IMG/VR virus record: IMGVR_UViG_3300042507_005574
DNA from: a virus
Reading direction: 5' to 3' (one strand)
DNA: 64,000 nucleotides
Position numbers and translations under genes: made by a program. Position 1 is the stretch's first letter; each line of letters begins with the position of its first letter. A model generated the notes under the pieces. It had not been told where the DNA came from, did not search any database, and saw only the letters and a list, made by a program, of their open reading frames with translations. Shown one piece after another: positions 49,627-57,314 of the stretch.

Positions 49627-49932
49627 TCAGTCGGTAACAGTCTGATCGTAGTACCACTGACCATCATCGGTCAGGTTATACTCGGGATTGCCTTCTTCGT
49701 CGTAGACGGTCACCTCAACCAACTTGCCCTGAGTTCCCGTAGGAACCGCAGCGTGTTCCTCAAGGGCACTCATGAGGAGGGAGACTGCCATGTTGGGATT
49801 GGTCGTGAGCATCCAAACCGCAAGTTCCTGAAGCGGCATGGTGGTCGGACGATCCTTGTAGGTCAGCCAGTTCTCTGCAACCTGATCGTCGTTTGCGGGA
49901 GGGGGAGTGACGGCTGTAGTGGTCTTCTTCAT
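49627..49932 (-). CDS. Hypothetical protein (GC-rich codons, early)
   Basis: ATG 8 nt after TATACT; own terminator. Confidence 0.7.
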   Translation of the reverse strand: MKKTTTAVTPPPANDDQVAENWLTYKDRPTTMPLQELAVWMLTTNPNMAVSLLMSALEEHAAVPTGTQGKLVEVTVYDEEGNPEYNLTDDGQWYYDQTVTD

Positions 49933-49940
49933 ACGCCATG

Positions 49941-49969
49941 AGTATACTACCTTTTGGTCGCCGTGTCAA
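49941..49969 (-). promoter_or_regulatory. Sigma70-type early promoter
   Basis: TTGACA-17-TATACT. Confidence 0.85.
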
Positions 49970-49999
49970 CCCCTATTATAACTTAATAGCGTCCGATAA

Positions 50000-50470
50000 T
50001 TAACGGAATCTATTTCTCGGTTTCCTTGAAAGGATCAATGATAACCCAAATAGGGCAATCGCCGCAGGGGCAGGGACAACAGGATCCGCCGCTACACCCC
50101 TGACAGATTCGGGATCGGGGGAGATCGACAGACAGACGCTCTGGATGTAGTCATAGGCGATGGGGACGAACAGTTGTTGGTTGTCGGTTTTGAGTACCAT
50201 AATAAGGTTACCATCCAGGTATACCCTATGTACCCAATAACCATCAAAGTCCCCCATAAAAATCGTGGAAGGCATTTCGCCATAATTGGTTACTGCGTAT
50301 TGCTGATAATAAAGAGATGGCGGATTGAGCATCTCAGATGAGAAATTGAACTTAGTGGGACTTAGTCCCATAACACCAACATAGTTAGATCCTTGATATA
50401 ACGATGTCGATGAGTAACCGAAATTTTGATTGGTGAAATATAGTGTAGAACTTCCGTAATCCATGTTCAC
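50000..50470 (-). CDS. PEP-CTERM-like sorting-domain protein (no evident signal peptide)
   Basis: C-terminal VPAPAAIALFGLSLILSRKPRNRFR. Confidence 0.7.
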   Translation of the reverse strand: MNMDYGSSTLYFTNQNFGYSSTSLYQGSNYVGVMGLSPTKFNFSSEMLNPPSLYYQQYAVTNYGEMPSTIFMGDFDGYWVHRVYLDGNLIMVLKTDNQQLFVPIAYDYIQSVCLSISPDPESVRGVAADPVVPAPAAIALFGLSLILSRKPRNRFR

Positions 50471-50685
50471 TTCTTTTCTGTCAGTCTTACGATTTCTCTA
50501 ACTAAAGATTCAATCATCAAAGCAGCGTTTGCATACAGTTGACTATCACCGCAGACAGAAACAATACTCTGCTTTGATTCATTACGAAGTTTTTGTGCTA
50601 AACGCATAGCATTGTTTTGCTTCATCAATCTTCGTAAGGTTGCTCTCTGCTCTTTTTCAAGAGCATTGATTTCGGGATCATTCAT
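50467..50685 (-). CDS. Hypothetical protein
   Basis: Coupled ORF in the minus-strand operon. Confidence 0.55.
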   Translation of the reverse strand: MNDPEINALEKEQRATLRRLMKQNNAMRLAQKLRNESKQSIVSVCGDSQLYANAALMIESLVREIVRLTEKK

Positions 50686-50914
50686 TTACATTTTCTCCAT
50701 GAACGAAGTTGTTTAGTTCATGCTTGATTCCCAAAATGAATTCTTCTTCGTCAGCAGTTAGCCAAAACCCCCCACGGCTGACAACTGAAATCAATTCATT
50801 GATCATACTCATGAGATTGACCATCTCAAGAGCATTTTCCTTCCATGCTTCAACTCCGTGAGTTGCTTCGATGATGGCGAGATAATCACTGATGCAGCAC
50901 TTGCTGAGTTTCAT
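50678..50914 (-). CDS. Hypothetical protein (start ATG 50914)
   Basis: AAGGA RBS before MKLSKCC. Confidence 0.55.
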   Translation of the reverse strand: MKLSKCCISDYLAIIEATHGVEAWKENALEMVNLMSMINELISVVSRGGFWLTADEEEFILGIKHELNNFVHGENVNE

Positions 50915-51092
50915 TGTTTGTTTCCTTGGATTGTGGTTCAATTGAAATTTGGAAATACTCAGAGAGGTTGTTGAGAACACTCAGGTACAAAAAGGTACTC
51001 CAAGTATCTCCCTTATCTCCATACTTATCACCGATGGATTTTGCAAATCCATATGCGATTTGTTGAACTTCTTCTAAACTAGGTTTGGTCAT
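50886..51092 (-). CDS. Hypothetical protein
   Basis: TAATG coupling with upstream gene. Confidence 0.5.
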   Translation of the reverse strand: MTKPSLEEVQQIAYGFAKSIGDKYGDKGDTWSTFLYLSVLNNLSEYFQISIEPQSKETNNETQQVLHQ

Positions 51093-51526
51093 TATCGCTT
51101 TCCTGCCTCAAGGATCGGAAGCCCCGCTTCCGTTGGAATGTAGATGACACTATTTGACCCCGATTCAAGATTCTGAATCCACAACCAACGCAGATAGGAT
51201 TCATTATTCTTGAGTGAAGCACCAATGATTTCGTTGGCCTGTGCTACACCATGTGCCCTTGCAATCTCTGCATCCGCTAGAGACTTAGCCGCTTCCAACT
51301 TGGCTTCGGCTTCAAGGATGGTAATCTTTCGATTTTGCTCTGCTTGGGCATACTGAGCCATGCCTTCTTGTTCAGCAGCCCAAACATTGTACTTGGGACG
51401 AATGTATGAGCATGCTCCTACGAATCCAGTAAGGGCAATAAAACTGATCGCACCAATAGCAACGAACTTGATGGTTGCGCTACGGTTGTAATCTTCTACA
51501 CTATTTCTATTGTTGGAATTGTACAT
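51092..51526 (-). CDS. SPFH/band-7-related small membrane protein
   Basis: One TM, PKYNVW..EQEG.A..A.AEQNR.I..EA.A..EAA...AEI.RA.G.A.AN.IIG.SL..N..YLRWLWI...VIYIPTEAGLPILEAG. Confidence 0.8.
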   Translation of the reverse strand: MYNSNNRNSVEDYNRSATIKFVAIGAISFIALTGFVGACSYIRPKYNVWAAEQEGMAQYAQAEQNRKITILEAEAKLEAAKSLADAEIARAHGVAQANEIIGASLKNNESYLRWLWIQNLESGSNSVIYIPTEAGLPILEAGKR

Positions 51527-51583
51527 TTTCAATATCTCCTGTGAGTGAGCAAGTAAGAACCTTACATTTGGTTCTTTGGGTTA

Positions 51584-51611
51584 ATTGTAACAACTTTTAG
51601 GGGTATGTCAA
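51584..51611 (-). promoter_or_regulatory. Sigma70-type promoter
   Basis: TTGACA-16-TACAAT; leader contains AGGAG. Confidence 0.75.
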
Positions 51612-51642
51612 TACTAAAAAACAAGTTATTAGTAAATTATAA

Positions 51643-52674
51643 TCAAGTGGGTGGTCGGGTTGCGTTCGGCGGAATGGTATATGAGCCATATTCTGTCATA
51701 AGAATTCCTAAATCTGCTCCATCAACTTTTCCATCAAAATTTAGATCGGCAATTGAATTATCTAAATCATAACTACCAAGTAAAAACCCTAGATCATTTC
51801 CGTCCACATTTCCATCCTGATTGAAGTCAGAAGCCCTCGCAGAAATTTTTACATGTGAGATGGAGTAGCCACTGGTACTGATGATGTTGTTGAGGGTATT
51901 CAGTTCTGTTGGACTAATAATTGCCCCACCGTACATGAGACCCACTAAGATAGTATCTTTGTACTTATCTAAAACAAAGGCAGGGGTTCCACTATCACCA
52001 TTCCATATGTATGGATAACTATCGATCCCTCCTGCTGGACCATATGTTAGAGTAAATGAGTTTGGATCAATTGGTGGATTACTTTGAGGCCACCAGGTCG
52101 CAACATTCATTTTGAATCTCACACATCTTCCTTGGCATTCGTATCCCCAAAAATCATGGCCTGTGGGGATATATTGGATGTTGGCAATCTTACTGTATAC
52201 TTTTACATCATTCGTTGGAAATGGTTCATTGAATTCAAGAAGAGTGTGATCAGGACCAACACCAAGTGTCACCCGAGACACTAACCTATTATATTTTTGT
52301 CCCGATTTTCCTAAAAAGGTATAATTCTCTCCTGGATTAGGTTCAGGATTAGTTCCACGGTAGTGTTGAGTTATTAGCGCATGTTTTGGTGTAATGAGAA
52401 CACAACATGGCACCTGCGTGTTATAGAAGTTGATATTTGATTCTTGGTATGGAGTCCCAACTGGAGTGCTGCCAGTATATCTCCTAGCAAAAGAACGGTT
52501 CCGCAGACTGACTCCAGTTAAATTAAGAGCAGCACCATGACATTGTGGATTGAATCCCACAGGAACGCCGTCGCAGCAACAGGGACAAGGGTCTTGACCC
52601 ATAGGAGTATAAATCGCCTGTGGGTCATATGTGTAAATATCATGTTTGCTTGGTAAGTAATTTGGAATTAGCAT
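51643..52674 (-). CDS. Trypsin-like serine protease with C-terminal dockerin/EF-hand-like pair
   Basis: VLITPKHALITQH (His), PDHTLL (Asp), GDSGTP (Ser); DFNQDGNVDGNDLGFLL and DLNFDGKVDGADLGILM. Confidence 0.75.
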   Translation of the reverse strand: MLIPNYLPSKHDIYTYDPQAIYTPMGQDPCPCCCDGVPVGFNPQCHGAALNLTGVSLRNRSFARRYTGSTPVGTPYQESNINFYNTQVPCCVLITPKHALITQHYRGTNPEPNPGENYTFLGKSGQKYNRLVSRVTLGVGPDHTLLEFNEPFPTNDVKVYSKIANIQYIPTGHDFWGYECQGRCVRFKMNVATWWPQSNPPIDPNSFTLTYGPAGGIDSYPYIWNGDSGTPAFVLDKYKDTILVGLMYGGAIISPTELNTLNNIISTSGYSISHVKISARASDFNQDGNVDGNDLGFLLGSYDLDNSIADLNFDGKVDGADLGILMTEYGSYTIPPNATRPPT

Positions 52675-52716
52675 GGATTTTCCAGTAACAATAATAGTAG
52701 ATAGGTCTGAAAATCA

Positions 52717-53376
52717 TCACTTCCTTCGGCGGGATCGAATGAGGCTACCACCAAGCAAAAGCGTTAAGCATCCCGGAGCAGGAACAAGGCTGTATGCAAA
52801 GTCATCCATAACAAAATGGTTGCCTGCATTTGGATTATACTCTCTCCAAATAGTAAGGGTATCAATCTCATACCCCGCACCATAACTCAGCCAAGATTGA
52901 TAATCAGAACTGATGCTAAAACCAACATCAAATTGCGTTGCTCCATTCTTCTTACCAACAATTCTTAGATCACCACTCCCATCCCACGCAGAAGTAAACC
53001 AAGCACCGAAGAAGTGCCAATCCCCTCCGTCGATTCGTGTGATATTCCACCGACTGGCGGAACTCGCATAGGGATATGTGTAATAAGGGCTGTAGAGTGC
53101 TGCTTCTCCACGCAGACCAACTGAATATCCCGCCTGTTTATACTGAGGGTGGTTCACGCCGTACCACCCCCATTTGTTATCGTAAATGGGCAATCCCTCA
53201 TCAATCCCATAGGAAGAGAATCGGAATCCTCCGTACTCGCCAAGCGGTCCCCTGCCAGGTTCTGATCCGCTTTGGCCTGAAACTACAAGGTCATCAAAAT
53301 TCAAAACATTAACATCAGCAAAAGTTGTAGATGCCACAACGATTGAAGAAACGATTGACAAAAGTTCATGCTTCAT
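52717..53376 (-). CDS. Secreted PEP-CTERM-like protein
   Basis: N-terminal signal peptide (..ASTTFA/D), LNFDDL, FVMDDF, C-terminal VPAPGCLTLLLGGSLIRSRRRK. Confidence 0.82.
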   Translation of the reverse strand: MKHELLSIVSSIVVASTTFADVNVLNFDDLVVSGQSGSEPGRGPLGEYGGFRFSSYGIDEGLPIYDNKWGWYGVNHPQYKQAGYSVGLRGEAALYSPYYTYPYASSASRWNITRIDGGDWHFFGAWFTSAWDGSGDLRIVGKKNGATQFDVGFSISSDYQSWLSYGAGYEIDTLTIWREYNPNAGNHFVMDDFAYSLVPAPGCLTLLLGGSLIRSRRRK

Positions 53377-53593
53377 TGTTATTTTCTCCCTTTACTTCGT
53401 CTTCAAACATACTGAACACCATGCCGCTCTTGCTGTTCTTCCAGTAATCAAGTTCCTTCTGTGGATACCCGTTGGCAGCAAACCACTCATGGAGTTGTTC
53501 CTGAGTCATGTCACGAATATTCTCTGGAGCAGGCTTGGGAAAGCCGTAACGCCATCCACTTGGAGGATCAATGAACACAACAGTCTTTTTCAC
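53366..53593 (-). CDS. Conserved-type phage hypothetical protein
   Basis: IDPPSGWRYGFPK...W...GYP motif. Confidence 0.7.
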   Translation of the reverse strand: MKKTVVFIDPPSGWRYGFPKPAPENIRDMTQEQLHEWFAANGYPQKELDYWKNSKSGMVFSMFEDEVKGENNNEA

Positions 53594-53688
53594 GGCTTAT
53601 CCTTTCCCCAAAACATGGCAATGCCAGTAATACATTGTCCTGTAATGATTCCTAGCAGGTAAATAGCAATAATAAGTAGTGTTTCCAT
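53590..53688 (-). CDS. 32-aa hydrophobic peptide (not in ORF track)
   Basis: METLLIIAIYLLGIITGQCITGIAMFWGKDKP; TAATG and GTGA overlaps with both neighbours. Confidence 0.6.
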   Translation of the reverse strand: METLLIIAIYLLGIITGQCITGIAMFWGKDKP

Positions 53689-53984
53689 TATAGTAATCCA
53701 TTCTCCTGATCGAATTGTGCAATGCGATCTAGTGCTGCCATTTGTTCTTCTTTCTTAAAGCAATCCCAGCCCCGACGAGCCGCTTCACGATGCGGGTCTG
53801 CCATTGTTGGTAGTTGATTGGTTTCGTTTCTACAGACTTCCCGCCTCGCCTCATCCCTTTCAGCACGAAGAGAGGCAATAACTTGAAGCAGATCAACTCT
53901 TTCATTTTCCATTCGTCTAATCTGATTGAGAAGATCAACAAGAATTGGGGAACTCTCTACTACTGGAAATTGTTGATTATTCAC
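53688..53984 (-). CDS. Hypothetical coiled-coil protein
   Basis: GGAGG RBS plus GTG; LRAERDEARREVC...A.RRGWDCF. Confidence 0.6.
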   Translation of the reverse strand: MNNQQFPVVESSPILVDLLNQIRRMENERVDLLQVIASLRAERDEARREVCRNETNQLPTMADPHREAARRGWDCFKKEEQMAALDRIAQFDQENGLL

Positions 53985-54280
53985 TTGCCGTCCTCCATCC
54001 AATCCGCTACCGCAAGCAGAGCCTGTGCAAGAACTCTCAAGTTGTGCGGATTGTCCATGTAGACAGTCGGTGAAGCGGGTTCGGAAGTGTCAAAATAGTC
54101 CGCACGAACTCCTCCCATGCGCTTATGCATCGTGGAGTTGTAGAGCGTAGTGATCTCCACTTCGCACCGTCCTCCCGACACAACCCTCACGCCCACAGGA
54201 CGGGTCTGTTCTGCCGCCATACGCAGACGCTCCATCTTGGTGATGCGGGTGGTCTTGATTTTCTTCTTGGTGTTAGGCAT
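53981..54280 (-). CDS. Hypothetical protein (start ATG 54280)
   Basis: AAGGAGG RBS before MPNTKKK. Confidence 0.6.
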   Translation of the reverse strand: MPNTKKKIKTTRITKMERLRMAAEQTRPVGVRVVSGGRCEVEITTLYNSTMHKRMGGVRADYFDTSEPASPTVYMDNPHNLRVLAQALLAVADWMEDGK

Positions 54281-54572
54281 TGCCGTCCTCCTTAATGTCT
54301 CTAACTTGCTGCCGTGCCTCATCCCTTTCGGTACGGGCACAATCCCGCTCCTTGCACAGGGCGACCATACGGTCTGCGGCATCACCGCAGACATCTTGGA
54401 GATTGTCAATCTCCTTGAGTGCATCATCCCGTTCAGCAGTGAGCCGAACGATATCTCCGTAGGCTTGCTTCATGATGATCTGCTCCATCGTGGAGCCACT
54501 TCCACCATCAAGGTACGCTTGAATCATTGCCAGTGTATTAGATGTCATAGTGATTTGGATCTTCGCTTTCAA
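54273..54572 (-). CDS. Hypothetical coiled-coil protein
   Basis: ERD repeats (AERDDA, KERDCA, TERDEAR). Confidence 0.55.
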   Translation of the reverse strand: MKAKIQITMTSNTLAMIQAYLDGGSGSTMEQIIMKQAYGDIVRLTAERDDALKEIDNLQDVCGDAADRMVALCKERDCARTERDEARQQVRDIKEDGNA

Positions 54573-55005
54573 TTTTGTTCACAAAATTCAAAACACGATT
54601 CATTTGATCTTCTGTAGGTTTTTCCTGACACTCAGGAGAACGAGTAGCCCACATAGGGGGAACCGTGCTGCTGCCAATATCTCCTGTAATCTCACAGACA
54701 TTGCGGCTCATGGCTTCTGCCATCTTAATCATACCATACACTTCTTCATCGCCGCCTTCAATATAAAAACGAAGAGTTCCAAACTTTTCTTTGACTTGAA
54801 CAGCCTTCACATAAAAGGCTGGATTAGTCCTACGCTTCCATTCCACATGGGATTGAATGCAACGGCACAGATTGTCGATGATGAAATACCAACCATCGCC
54901 GTGTGTGAATCCAAACCCCATGAGGGAGTCTGTTAGCGGTGCATCCTTATCTGCGAAGATATCGGGATAGCGGGTGTATAGAAGATTTGAGAGATCTGAG
55001 TGCAT
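54538..55005 (-). CDS. Conserved-type phage hypothetical protein (start ATG 55005)
   Basis: GDGWY.II..LC...QVKEKFGTLRFY...AE.MS..VCEITG motif. Confidence 0.75.
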   Translation of the reverse strand: MHSDLSNLLYTRYPDIFADKDAPLTDSLMGFGFTHGDGWYFIIDNLCRCIQSHVEWKRRTNPAFYVKAVQVKEKFGTLRFYIEGGDEEVYGMIKMAEAMSRNVCEITGDIGSSTVPPMWATRSPECQEKPTEDQMNRVLNFVNKIESEDPNHYDI

Positions 55006-55012
55006 GGCCTCA

Positions 55013-55345
55013 TTACTCCTTTTTCCATCCCAAATCCACGAAATGGTGCCAGATCTTTCTAGCATCAGTCTTGTTCACTTTCAAAAGGTTAGATTCAAGT
55101 CCCTTTCCTGCTGAGTTGTGAATGCTGTATTTCACTTCGGTGTGGCTGCTCTCTTGAATGATGAATTCCATTCCCAAATCATCAGCATTCTTGTAATTGC
55201 AGTATTGAATCGATACTGTATCTTCGTTCTTTGTATGAATGAAAGATAGGAAACCGCCCCTCCACATGTAGACTTCCGTCTTTCGCAATTCATTCGAACA
55301 GGGGACAGTGAGAATGCTGATTCGATGCGTGTTGTCTTTGATCAT
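55013..55345 (-). CDS. Hypothetical protein (ARxxW motif family)
   Basis: DARKIWHHFVDLGW C-terminus; probable start ATG 55345. Confidence 0.6.
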   Translation of the reverse strand: MIKDNTHRISILTVPCSNELRKTEVYMWRGGFLSFIHTKNEDTVSIQYCNYKNADDLGMEFIIQESSHTEVKYSIHNSAGKGLESNLLKVNKTDARKIWHHFVDLGWKKE

Positions 55346-55355
55346 GGTATTGAAC

Positions 55356-55565
55356 TCAACGAGAGTTGAGAATGCGATGAGCCGCAAACTCTTCGAAAGA
55401 AATGTTTTCACCCAAACTGTTGAAACGGCGGGTGAGTTGCCAGTCATCGAACAGTTGTTGGGTCAGAATCTTGGTAACGATTTCGACCATTCCATTTTGG
55501 CAATGAGAGGGCAAATCGTTCCAAGGAGTGAGTTCAATATTGAAGTTTTCAGAGGTGTTGTTCAT
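55356..55565 (-). CDS. Hypothetical protein (start ATG 55565)
   Basis: ATG 7 nt after the -10 box. Confidence 0.55.
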   Translation of the reverse strand: MNNTSENFNIELTPWNDLPSHCQNGMVEIVTKILTQQLFDDWQLTRRFNSLGENISFEEFAAHRILNSR

Positions 55566-55572
55566 GGTGTGT

Positions 55573-55601
55573 AATGTACCTTGATGAGTGTCGTTCGTCA
55601 A
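55573..55601 (-). promoter_or_regulatory. Sigma70-type promoter
   Basis: TTGACG-17-TACATT. Confidence 0.65.
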
Positions 55602-55627
55602 TTCAATTCTTCAAACCTAAAAAGATT

Positions 55628-55918
55628 TCATTCGTTCATGGGAATGTCAGAGAGCGAGAATTCCATTCTTTGATTTCCATCTGTGGGTATGAATTCGACC
55701 CATGCAGTCTCTCCGTCAGGGTGAATACTTACGACTCGCCATAGTCCACACAACTCACTTGGCGGTTCTCCATCATCGTCAAGAAGATCCGTTTCAAGAG
55801 TATCTTCATCCCATTCCCATGGCTCACACCATTCGAATTCATAATCGATGAAAGAGTCTAGATTCGGATTCCCGCTATGGTTGTTCGGATCGCAATTAGT
55901 ATTTTTCTTTTTCTTCAT
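55628..55918 (-). CDS. Acidic hypothetical protein
   Basis: 96-aa ORF, ATGA coupling. Confidence 0.6.
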   Translation of the reverse strand: MKKKKNTNCDPNNHSGNPNLDSFIDYEFEWCEPWEWDEDTLETDLLDDDGEPPSELCGLWRVVSIHPDGETAWVEFIPTDGNQRMEFSLSDIPMNE

Positions 55919-56253
55919 TGTCTATTACCTACAATCATTCGGTGAAGTTCTTTTCCACAGAGATGATCGAATTGAATTCTTTCCTTTTCATTACTATCTT
56001 TTGGATCGTAACGAAGAGCAATAATGCCAGTCAGAGTGTCGATGATTCCATGACTACGAGTGTATGACATGGAGTCTACAGTACTGTCAAATTTGTTCTG
56101 AGCAACCATAAGAAACTTTTCATGGCAGTCAGGGTAGAACTGACGAGTGTAGGCATCTTGTACTATGTAGACGGATGAGACATCGGGAATCGCAGAGAGC
56201 GGAACTCCCAAATCCTCAAAAGTGTAATGAATGGAAACTAGATCAGTCAGCAT
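55915..56253 (-). CDS. Hypothetical protein
   Basis: 112-aa ORF, packed in operon. Confidence 0.6.
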   Translation of the reverse strand: MLTDLVSIHYTFEDLGVPLSAIPDVSSVYIVQDAYTRQFYPDCHEKFLMVAQNKFDSTVDSMSYTRSHGIIDTLTGIIALRYDPKDSNEKERIQFDHLCGKELHRMIVGNRQ

Positions 56254-56256
56254 TTT

Positions 56257-56580
56257 TTACCTTATCTTATTGTGCAAAGACTGAGACCATACATGATCAT
56301 TTTCTTTGAGATCATGCCAAACCAATCGTGCAGTTTCGATTGGAATCTTTTCAGTCGTTTCATCTCGTACAAAAAAGACTCCACCCATATAGGGTACTTT
56401 AGAGAAAGTCAGCATCTTACCTCTGTTACCAGACTTATCGTGTTGCTGATACCTCACGAATACTGCATCGGAAGCAGTAGAGAAGTTCCAAAGAAAAGAA
56501 AATGTATCCTTATTCTTGTTTATGAATTGGACAAAACCGTCGTTTTCGTGTGTCGGAGTGATGTTTTCAGCGTGTTGCAT
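56257..56580 (-). CDS. Hypothetical protein (ARxxW motif family; start ATG 56580)
   Basis: IPIETARLVWHDLKE; the upstream in-frame extension overlaps the promoter. Confidence 0.6.
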   Translation of the reverse strand: MQHAENITPTHENDGFVQFINKNKDTFSFLWNFSTASDAVFVRYQQHDKSGNRGKMLTFSKVPYMGGVFFVRDETTEKIPIETARLVWHDLKENDHVWSQSLHNKIR

Positions 56581-56666
56581 GGTGGGGCAGTGTGGGGGAA
56601 TGTGGGGGTACGAGAGGGTATGGTGGGTATGGCGTTTTTGAGTGCGGGAGTGTGTATGTGTTAGCC

Positions 56667-56694
56667 AGCATAGCCCCGAGAAAAAATTTGTCAA
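56667..56694 (-). promoter_or_regulatory. Sigma70-type promoter
   Basis: TTGACA-16-TATGCT. Confidence 0.7.
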
Positions 56695-56723
56695 GTTAAA
56701 ATTTTTTCTAGGTAAAAGAATTT

Positions 56724-57299
56724 TTACGCATTCAACGCATAGTTCCCTTCGTACCTAGACAGGTCCACCGAGTTCGAAGCCTCCTTCAAGTGTTGCTGCG
56801 GGTTTGCAGAAGTTAAGATTGAATTCTTACCCACATACGAAGACTTCGCTGTGAACCGGAAAACTTTCTTAAGAATCAGATTCTCCCAAGTATCCACTCC
56901 GTAGATTCTCTCAAAAAGATCTGAGGGAGTCATCAGAGTTGTGGGATGGAAGTACAGCAGATCATTACCCTCATAGGCTCCTCCATGGTTGCGAAGGTAG
57001 TTCCAAAAGTTCCGAGCCAAACTTCTGGGAATAGCAACCATATCGTCGTACCTACTGCCATCCTGATTGATGTCTCTCATGTCAGACATTGCAACCAACT
57101 GAAGGGGATCCTGAGAGTGCGGACGATTCTTTAAGAAACGGTCGAACACCGACATCGTTGAAGTTTCGATGATGACCATGTCGGCCAACAGGCTATCTGC
57201 GGAATCGTGACCAGACACAACATGCTTGTGGTGAAACTTGATGATGTGGTATCCATCATTCAGAATGTCGGTTCTCACGATCCACTGGCAATCACTCAT
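56724..57299 (-). CDS. Hypothetical protein (ARxxW motif family)
   Basis: IPRSLARNFWNYLRNHG. Confidence 0.65.
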   Translation of the reverse strand: MSDCQWIVRTDILNDGYHIIKFHHKHVVSGHDSADSLLADMVIIETSTMSVFDRFLKNRPHSQDPLQLVAMSDMRDINQDGSRYDDMVAIPRSLARNFWNYLRNHGGAYEGNDLLYFHPTTLMTPSDLFERIYGVDTWENLILKKVFRFTAKSSYVGKNSILTSANPQQHLKEASNSVDLSRYEGNYALNA

Positions 57300-57314
57300 T
57301 AGTTTACTTTCTTA

